The position numbers and the translations under genes are program-made. A stretch of 64,000 bases of DNA from Octopus sinensis (Eukaryota), in contig NC_042997.1 of NCBI RefSeq assembly GCF_006345805.1, forward strand, positions 164,672,001 through 164,736,000, read 5' to 3'. How positions within the stretch are numbered: position 1 is the first letter of the stretch; every line of letters begins with the position of its first letter. The notes below the pieces were generated by a model. The model was not told the origin of the DNA. It did not search any database and saw only the letters and a list, made by a program, of their open reading frames with translations. Below are positions 54,117 to 64,000 of this stretch, one piece after another.

Positions 54117-54250
54117 ACGACCCCATATCTTATGTGCCTAATGTAAATAGTCTGTATAGAGTTGAACGTTGTGATATCTCTATGCGTTGTATTGTATATA
54201 ACAGAAGGATAATTTGCAATTTGTATTAGATATTATTATTATTATTATTG

Positions 54251-54293
<43 letters not shown>

Positions 54294-54333
54294 TGATGAT
54301 GATAATAATAATATAATAATAATAATAATAATG

Positions 54334-54371
<38 letters not shown>

Positions 54372-54682
54372 GTGGCCTGCAAATTTAAACCTATTTAGGT
54401 AAAAATATACAAATAAATTAAGTAGGATATCAGAATACCACTTGCTAGAAATAGGAGCTAACACGCCAAAGCCACAAATTTCTCACTATTAAAATACACA
54501 CGGTGAATGCAACGAATATAACAAATAGGCTTACCTTGTATAAACTACGGAAGCAAGAAAGATAGATAGATACACACACACATATATATATAATCAACAG
54601 TGTATATATATATATATATATATATATGATTGATTGATTGATTCTAGTTTCAGCTCACGAGCTGTGGCCTTGCTGGGGCACC

Positions 54683-54751
<69 letters not shown>

Positions 54752-54755
<4 letters not shown>

Positions 54756-54979
54756 TAATCCAACAAGAAAACACAAAAAAAACAAAAAAAAAAAAAACCC
54801 AAAAAACACAGCAACGCAAGGACGTGGAACAAATAAAGTATTATTGGACGCTCAGGAAAGAAGGGAAGAAGGAGGGTTTAACGTTTCGAACGGAGCTCTT
54901 CGCCGGAAACATAAGAGAAGGAAAGATCCCGAGAAGGGAAGACAGAGGAAAAAATCGGCAGCGGTACTCCTGAGGTCAC

Positions 54980-54980
<1 letters not shown>
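54752..54980 (-). mobile_element. About 230-bp element embedded in (TA)n, carrying a degenerate minimal hammerhead (PLE pLTR-like)
   Basis: Minus strand 54910-54876: gttt CCGGCGA a gagc tcc gttc GAAA cg TT aaac. Confidence 0.5.
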
Positions 54981-55030
<50 letters not shown>

Positions 55031-55117
55031 TATATATATATACATACATACATATACAAACACGTTACCAGTAAGTTTAGAGTTCACTTATCAGTACGGC
55101 ATTAATCAAAGGATTTC

Positions 55118-55215
55118 ATGAAAAAATATAAGTTCCAGAATCATTTGAAATTTGGTAGAGATCGTAAGAGCTGGACAAAGGAGGACTGTATTAAAGTCAT
55201 GTTTAATAATGAAAC
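55118..55215 (+). pseudogene. Tc1-type transposase fragment (first catalytic D region)
   Basis: HLKFGRDRKSWTKEDCIKVMFNNETYV resembles RLxFAxxHxxWTxEDWxxVxFSDE. Confidence 0.7.
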
Positions 55216-55330
55216 ATATGTCAGCAATTTGTATCTAGTGTTTCTTTCAGTTTATATAAACGATTTTTTTCGCGCACATCTCAAAAGATGGAATACTATT
55301 TTAGTTTATACCACCTCTAACAGAACAGTC

Positions 55331-55438
<108 letters not shown>

Positions 55439-55503
55439 CATATACATACACATACACTAATATAAAATATCGGAAATGATTGCTTAACACCGTAATGGTG
55501 GTT

Positions 55504-55535
<32 letters not shown>

Positions 55536-55776
55536 GGCTATACACACGCACATGCATATGTATGCGTGTGTATATATTTTTTATTTGGGGCACCACTTTG
55601 AAGAGTTTTAGTCAAACGAATCGACCCTAGTACTTATATATTTTTAAGCCAAGTACCTATTTTATCGGTATATTTTGCCGAACAGCTAAGTCACAGGGAC
55701 ATATACAAACTAGTACCAGTTGGAGACAAGCACCAACACAAGCACACACACACATGTAGATGTGTGTGTGCGTGTG

Positions 55777-55823
<47 letters not shown>

Positions 55824-56308
55824 ACATATGTGTATGTGTGACTGAATATGATAAATGTGTTTGCAGGCCTATGTGTACGTGTCCGTGTGTGTATTGTTTC
55901 ATGTATTTGATTGAAAAGCGCCAAAAGTGAAGTGGTCTTGCTGACCATACGGAAGGGTTTCCAGTATTGTGGTTGATTTAGAAGAGCTTGCAAAAACCTC
56001 TGTGTAGCTCCTGTATTTTCTGCGCGAGGTAAAACATCTCTGATGTTTATTTCACTTATTAAATCCTGCTGTTATGTCACAATCACTTGTGACGCAACTA
56101 TACGTGTGTATGTATGTATGTATGTATGTATACATACATATATATTCGCGTTTCTTTGCGTGTATTAGTATTCGTGTGTACGCGATATTTTCTCTCCTCC
56201 TGCCATCTTAATTTTCTTTTGTCTTGTTTCCTCCACTAGTTAAATGTTGTTGATACCCAAATAAGGCATATACACAAATACACTTAGCGTATAAAGATAG
56301 ATAGGTAG

Positions 56309-56352
<44 letters not shown>

Positions 56353-56593
56353 GTATGCATGTCTACGCTTATATACATCATATCTAAAATGTCGTTTTTA
56401 ATTTTCGCTTCAGAATTCTTTCAAAATATCTCTTAAATATTCCATATCAGCATTCTTTCAAAATATTCTTTGAACATATATCAATTCCAAAATATCGTAT
56501 TAAATATTTTGTCTCTACGTTCTTTCAAAATAACTTTTAAATATTCCATCTCAGCGTTCTTTCAAAACACCATTTAAATACATACATACATAT

Positions 56594-56626
<33 letters not shown>

Positions 56627-57679
56627 CACTTGCAAAACAAAATATCGTTTTAAATAAACAAGATTAACAACTTATAATATACCCAAAGATGAAATATATC
56701 GAAAGATAAAGAATAAAAAAAATATATACCCAACAATTACGAACAGAAAATACAACAACGGACGAAGAAAAAAATATATTATACCCCAAAATGAAAATAC
56801 AATTATTTAACAAAGAGAGTAAAAAATTGATGTAGAATAAATATCCTAATAAACAAACATACACCCAAAATAAGTGGAAATAGAATGTACAAGAGATAAA
56901 ACCCAAATAGAAAGCCTAAGAATGGAAAGAAAACACAAAAACAAAACATAGACAAAGAGTAAGATGGCCGAAAATGACAACAAATGAAGATACAGGAAAT
57001 AACCAAAGATGATTCCGACTAAAAATACAATATTAAAAGTAATAATATTAATAACGAAAACAGCAAAAATATAAACAATTCACTTCAAAGAACGTTGAAC
57101 TAGGTGTTTTTATATATAACGTAAATACATCTTTAAAACATAAATAATCCAATTTTTGTCATTATTTCCGTTGTTTTGTTGTACTGGTTCAGCTAAAGAT
57201 ACTTTTCAACACCGCGTGAGGTTTATACATACATATATACACATGCATGCATATTCGCCAGTTGTAGCGACGTGGACCATTCTTAAGAATTACTGATGGT
57301 TTGCGCGATGGCTTTGTTTAAAGCGATTCTTATTTTATTAAAAAAGCACATATTTTTATGAAATATTATTAGGAATTGTATTTAAAAATTGTTAAAATGA
57401 CTTGTGGATCGCACAAGTACGTAAAACAAATTTATTGCAGATAAATTTTGGTTTCAAATTTTGGCACAGTACCAGCAATTTCGTGGGAGGGGTACATCGA
57501 TTACATCGACCCCAGTGCTCAACTGGTACTTATTTTATTGACCCCGAAAGGATGAAAGCCAGAATCAACCTCGGCGGAATTTGAACTCAGAACGTACAGA
57601 CGGATAAAATGCCGCTAAGCATCTTGCCTGGTGTGCTAACGATTCTATCAGCTTTCCGCCTTATTGTACATAAATTTTA

Positions 57680-57737
57680 ACAACAAATTCTTACAAGGAC
57701 CCCAAAGGGCTATATGGACCCCGGTTGAGAACCGCTG
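57680..57737. mobile_element. hAT (Charlie-like) terminal fragment
   Basis: ggaccccggttgagaaccgctg, i.e. a CAGCGGTTCTCAAC terminus on the minus strand. Confidence 0.55.
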
Positions 57738-58123
57738 GTTTAAAGGCAGAAGAGCTATGCACGGTCAGCCTCACTCTCTTGTCCGTGACCATCTTCAGTC
57801 CACTGGCACGGACTGAGGATGGAAACAGAAGCAGGGGATGACCAAGATGTCTTATATTTTCATCGTGTCCTCTGCACTTCAAAACATGTTACTGCAGTTA
57901 CCTTTCTTTCAGTTGATCTATGAAAGTTTATTCCGTAGAGTCCGCCGGATGCAATCTTATCTTCAAATGCACAGGTTAAGTGGGACCTTGAAAGGTGCTA
58001 CTATACCGGGCCAGAGCAAAACTGTGAACAATAGTAGTTAAGGGTTCGGTCCACAATCTTCAAAAAGCTGGAGCTCCTCAACCAGGGCCCCACTACCAGA
58101 TGTGGCTTAGATTCATATCCAGG

Positions 58124-58152
<29 letters not shown>

Positions 58153-58156
<4 letters not shown>

Positions 58157-61100
58157 CATACATGCATACATACTCGAATGCTATCTCCAACTTTGGAGGC
58201 ACAACTACCATCCTTGTTAAATAACTGGTTAGTCTTCAGATGAATTAACTGAGGGAGCCTTTTATTCATGATCGTAGTGATTTTTGATAGAAACTTGAAT
58301 TTAGCATGCAGAGAGTCACTACAAACAACATGGCTGGACACATCAACAACACAATCGAAGAACAGAACGAAAACAATAGTTCAACAAGTAAACAGATTCT
58401 TTCTAGCTGTGGTTATAAGACGAAACCGTAACTACAAAACTCATTTCTTTTGGAGTTATGAATTGAATAATGATCTTCGAAACAAAACCCCGATGTTGGC
58501 TATATGAATCGATTTAAATCCTGTAGTGTACACCACAAAGCATATTGGGACGATTTGCATCCAGAATTAAATCATTTTACTGCGAAGCAGCTACGCCAAC
58601 AAGCAACATTTGTAGAACATAGGAAGAAGGTTAGTAACAGTAACTTCATTTAAAAATCGAAAATTAACCTTCTTCCCAACTCTATAAACAAAAACGAAAA
58701 CGTGAATCATGTAAGACCACTCCGTGGTTTCGCAGCTAGCGACATTCCAACAGATTCCATAGTGCCTGCCAGCCAAACTACATTTCTGGCTCAAGTAACT
58801 GACTACTGACACCCTACAACGACTATGGTAAAAAGCAGGCACAACCGCAACGATTATTATAGTTGTAGTTGTGGTAGTCAGGATTATATGCCAGTGAGAT
58901 GTGCCCTTACTGAAATTTTCCGAGAAAAAATAACTTTGGCTTTGAAGGACTCTCTCAAGAAGAGAGTATTCTTTACTAAAGTAAGTAAAAAAACTACCTG
59001 ATACGATTTCAAAAGCTGTTAACGAAATTGGTGATGAGTATTTACAACAGTGTGGAAGATTAACGCATGTGTATATACTCTGGCTACTACTGTAAAACAA
59101 TATATGAATGATATTCAAAAAGTAAACAAAACCGAAGTAACAAAGAAAGTACCATCATGGGTTTTGAAGACAGAAAAAAAGATAACTGGTTTACAGAAGA
59201 CCATCAGTCATGTACTGATGCTTACTGCATGCAAACAAGCAAATCACAATACGTCCCACCAACAGAAAGTAAAGAAGGAGATAGAAATGATGTTTGGAGA
59301 CAGCAAAAAGAGGACACTCACTTGCAAACTGATTACCCTCAAGCAAGAGCTAAAAGCTGTCAATGAAAAACTCCGACATCAGAAGAGAATAATCGAGAGA
59401 ACAATAAACAAAAAAATTAACTGCAACCAGGCAGTAGAATACAGAGACATGAGAGGAGGAGCAATAAATATCACGAAAGCTCCTTCACAAGAAGACAGAC
59501 TCCTTCTGGAGGAAAATCTGGAGTGAGGAGAAGGAATTTAACCAAAATGCTCTGTAGTTGAAAGAAATCCGGAAAAGTTATTGCTCCTGCGTTACATCTA
59601 AGACATACAACGGAAAAGCACCTGGAAGAGACTTGATCGATGGATACTGGTACAAGAAGCTAACATTCTACCGACCAACATCTTATCAATCTGTACCAGT
59701 AAGCTTTCATTGGGAACAGTAACATACCACACTGGTTAGCTCTGGCAGAGACAAAATTGATCCCCAATTGGAGAACCACCCACATGGCAAAAAAAACAAA
59801 ACAAAACAAAAAAACTACTGGCCAGTTGCACGCCAGAACTTAATGTATAAAATATATACAGTATGTTTAAACCTCTTCCTCCAGGACCATTGTGAAACCA
59901 ATAACTTATCCCAGCAGAACAAGCAGCTTGGAAGAAGGGAGTCTGGGGATGTGCCGAGCAATTGTTAATCAACAAAACTGTGATGGCAGAGGTAGTTTCA
60001 ATGTGGCTAGATTACAAGCCTTTGTCTCTGTTCCCTACTCATGGATACTAGAAGCCCTTCAACTTGCTAAAGTTCCAATGAGAATAGTCAAAGCCATAGC
60101 AGACCTGACTTCATCGTGGGCCACCATCATGAAAAACACAAAGAGTGAATGTATTATCACCGATAGAATACAGTATTGCAAAGGGATATTCCAAGGAGAC
60201 AGCCTCTTTTTGTGATGTTGTTTATACTTACTGCAAATCCCTTGCCATTCATGTTAAGGAAGTCTGAAGGATATCTCACTGGTTCCCAAGGAAACTGAAA
60301 TACCAAAATTACACAGTTTCTTTGTGGATGAAAAAGAGCCTTGACCTAGTTACAACATTCTCAAAAGATGTAGGGTTGGAGTTTGGTCAGAATAAATGTT
60401 GTTATATGGTTGAGAAAAGGAGGAAAACTATAAACCAGACTAGTAACATCTCCATCAATGATTTGACTGTTTCCCCTGTATCTGACGAGGAATGTTACAG
60501 GTATCTGGCGGTGGATGAAAATATATCTTACAATGGCACCTGTAACAAAACACGTGTCACTAAAGAATATTACAGCCGAATAAAGAAAATTTGGACCTCA
60601 TAACTCACTGTATTCAATAAAACAGTGGCCCGTAATGTGTTTGCAGTGCCAGTACTCATATCAACATTTGGACTGCTTGATTGGACGCTTGATGAGATCC
60701 GAGCCATTAATGAGAAAACCCGAAACATACTAACAAGCACACATAATTTCCACATAAACAGTGACGTAGACCGCCTCTACCTAAAACGTAAAGAAGGAGG
60801 CAGAGGCTCAACATCGATCCAAAATGCCTTTGAATTCGCATCATATCCCTTCGGCAACATCTTTTAATCACCAAGTGTCAAAATGCATCCCTTGACCAAG
60901 TTTGCATACATGAGGCTGATAACATCATAAGACTTGGAAGGCAGCTCCTTGAGCAACACTCTTTGTCCGATAACAAAGAATACATGCCTAAAGAAATTGC
61001 ACGACTCTACCGTAACATATCATCAGATGAAAGGATGAGCCTATATAAGCAGAAGATTATGCATGGGTATGTTAGTAGAAAGCTCCGTAATGATAGTAAC

Positions 61101-61905
61101 ATCGATCATCAAATCAGTTTATCATGAACAAATAGCCGGATTACTACCTCTCACTTTGAAGGTTATGCGTTTGCAATCCAGGAACAGAAAATATCAACCA
61201 AGTACCTGATGCACAATAAGGATAGAGATGCAGGAAAAGCCATAAAATGTGACAACCGATACAGACTCTGTGGAGTTCATACTGTAGATATCACCCGCAT
61301 CATATAGCAGTTGTCCGAAAACGCCATCTACCGATGAGTCATGACGTTGTAGCGAGGACACTCTATAATGAGATCCGTCAGAAGGATAATCCCGAGCGCA
61401 AAGAAATAAAACCCCACAATATGGTAGAAGCCATAGCTACTCATAGTAAAAAGGAATACTGGTGGAATATATCAGTGATGGCCTCAATAAAATGTAAGCA
61501 CAACAGAGCTGATATAATGATTTGGGATAGAGAAGAGAAACAGTTGTGGAAATTAGCAGCCAGCGGATGTTAAGATAACGCTGAAGATCAGTGAAAAAGA
61601 AAACACCTATGCTGAACTATTGAGAAATTTGCAGTTACTCTATCCAAATTACAAGTTCAGGTTTAAACCTGTAATTATTGGGGCCCTGGGATATGTAACA
61701 CACTACCTAAATACCAATCTTGAGGAATTAGGCTTCTCAAAATCAGAAAGGAGAAAGCGAATTCGAAGACTACAGATCCAGTCCATCACTGGAACTGTAA
61801 AAATCTGTAAAACTTTCCAGAAGTTTATCATTTAAATATATATGAGCATGTCTAGATGTGTAACTATATGCATGAAAATACATACATGGAACATACAAAT
61901 CTGCA
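58153..61905 (+). mobile_element. R4/Dong-clade (RLE) non-LTR retrotransposon, near full length, many stops and frameshifts
   Basis: Reading across frames: WDDLHPELNHF, IDGYWYKKL, WGCAEQLLINK, KGIFQGDSL, FFVD, LYLKRKEGGRG, a degenerate CCHC, HDVVAR, KHNRADIMIWD and PVIIGALG; stop at 61835. Confidence 0.9.
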
Positions 61906-62040
61906 CTTACATACATACATAACATACATGCATACATACATAACATACATGCATACATACATACACATATATACACACACATACATACATACATACATAC
62001 ATACATACATACATACATACATACATACATACATACATGC
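61906..62040. repeat. (TACA)n tract at the 3' end of the R4-like element; a matching tract lies at about 58125-58152
   Basis: Directly visible. Confidence 0.9.
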
Positions 62041-62840
62041 AAGCTATATGATGGCTGCCCTCTCAGTTTCGAACGTAACAACACACTTTTGATCTGCGTC
62101 AGTACAGTTTAAGGATCATGAACCTAATGTAACTGTTCAAACCCGCCAATCCAGCGCTACTTTTTACTGCATGTCGAGTACTACCACTTAATTGTATTTA
62201 CATGAACAATACTAAAGTTTTTCAAAATATTTTATACAATTACTTCAAGTTTACATATAAGGTTTACGTGACCAGCTAGCGAGAGAAAACTGTAATCACA
62301 TACATCGAACGTGTATTGAATAGTGTTGCAAAGCAGAACAACTTGATCTTTTCGAATAAGAGCGCTTGCACGAAGAAGAGTAAATACGATTTTTTTTTCA
62401 AATCTTTGTGCTCTCTGTCTGTCTTTCTCTTCAGCATACTCAGTTTTCTGCAACACGACCCCAACATCCACAAAATTTAACACTTAGGCCGGATTTCAAT
62501 TAATACTTGTACCTAAGCTTTTGGTTTTGAAGGTCTGTGTTTGCTATTCTGTGATTCTCCAGAGAACACTTGTTTCGGGGATGGTGAACTGTTCGTGCTA
62601 ACTAAATGACCACATCAACTAAGACAGTCTTTTTTTTACACGATTAAACTCTCTATACTTGACAGCTCAAATGAACAACATACCATACATCCTCCTAAAC
62701 TGAAGGAAAGACGTGATCAGCACCAGACGAAACTCGAGTAGACTGTCACACTATTTGATATAATAAACACGGTAATATGTAAGTATGTATATATGTATGT
62801 ATGTATCATCGTTTAACGTCCGTCTTCCATACATACACAC

Positions 62841-62909
<69 letters not shown>

Positions 62910-63434
62910 TACATGTATATGTATGAGTCTTACATACATGCATTCAATGTGGGTATGTATGAATGTATGTATGTATGCAAAACAAACGAATGTCTTAAGT
63001 AAATTCTAAACAAGATATCATTGAAAGTAAATAGATTCATAAGAAACAGTTTCCCTCCCTCTTCATGAATAGTATTCAAACTGACAATAGATAGATATAA
63101 TGTAGACAAATAAGGCGAAGTCCAACTAGTTCAGACGAAAAAAAATCATCTTAAACCAGGCTTTATCCTTCACTATATTTACAACACAGAATTGTTTGTT
63201 TTAAATTTAAAACATAGCCAACATAGAAAGCTTTTAAAACCCGTTTGACCTTTGTTTTACATACAATAAAAATAATAAAAATGGCCATTAGTCCATTAGT
63301 TAATTAAATATAATCTAATATGCAAGTTTACTGTGTATGAACTTGGGTTATTATTGAGTTTTGTTTTTTTGTTTTTAAATTGCTTTTGCACTTTATCTAT
63401 ATGACTGTTTTGTCTGGTCATTTAGACAGATAAA

Positions 63435-63610
63435 AGTTTGAGGTTGTTATAGCCATTCTTGACGATGACGACGATGATGATGCTGTAGTTCTTTATGACG
63501 ATGATGATAATGATGTTGTAGCTCTTTATGATGATGATGACGGATGATGGTGATGATGATGACAGTGGTGCTGGTGATAGAAGTGATCATGGTGCTGTGA
63601 GGAAGATGAT
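63435..63610. repeat. Degenerate (GAT)n low-complexity tract
   Basis: Directly visible; explains the His-rich ORF 63447-63803. Confidence 0.85.
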
Positions 63611-63963
63611 GCCACCGAGGTCGATTTTGTCTTTCATCTTTTCTGGGTTGATAACATAAAATATCCGTTGAGAACTGGGGGTCAATGTAATCGATTCCTA
63701 CCCCCATCAAAATTGCTGGATTTGTGCCAAAATTAGAAAGAACCAACATTATCATCATCATCGTTGTTGTTGTTGCTGCTGCTGTTTTACGTTCTGAGTT
63801 CAAATTCCTCCGGTGTCGACTTTACCTTTCATCCTTTTGGGGTTGATAAAATAAGTACCAGTTGAGTATTGGGTTCGAAGTAATCGAACACTTGGATGGA
63901 TAAAATCGACTAGTCCCATACCTAAAATTTCTGGCCTTGTACCTATAGTAGAAATTATTATTA

Positions 63964-63994
<31 letters not shown>

Positions 63995-64000
63995 TATTAT

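Noticed and set aside
56416-56580. Degenerate ~37-bp tandem (attctttcaaaata...)
   Set aside because: Ordinary AT-rich minisatellite with no further structure seen.
62700-62746. CTGAAGGA...GACGAAACTCGAGTA, hammerhead-like with palindromic stem III
   Set aside because: The core is not CUGANGA, and neither stem I nor stem II pairs; at most a heavily decayed relic.

Overview
AT-rich, repeat-dominated animal genomic DNA, most likely Octopus (inferred from the tRNA-derived SINE families resembling octopus OK/OR SINEs and the very long TA/TACA/TATC microsatellites). No host protein-coding gene could be identified with confidence, and nearly all ORF-track entries are microsatellite or low-complexity artefacts. 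Supported content: (1) the 5' part of a young CR1-group LINE (PHD-like ORF1 with one frameshift, start of the APE endonuclease) at the left edge; (2) a fold-back element with about 400-bp inverted arms whose spacer holds a type-I hammerhead ribozyme with an intact core, Penelope-like in style; (3) a full-length U2 snRNA copy with PSE-like and 3'-box-like flanks, lying between a head-to-tail trimer and a fourth copy of a non-autonomous Helitron; (4) two Merlin-like MITEs with 8-bp TSDs; (5) three mariner relics, a Tc1 fragment and a hAT end; (6) several CR1 and RTE relics; (7) a decayed near-full-length R4/Dong-clade LINE flanked by (TACA)n; (8) a second, degenerate minimal hammerhead in a short TA-embedded element; (9) dozens of SINEs, including multimers with a fixed junction. 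The best leads are the hammerhead fold-back element, whose internal duplication starts at the predicted cleavage site, and the Helitron-bracketed U2. All alignments and folds were done by eye. Coordinates marked approx. may be off by tens of bases.
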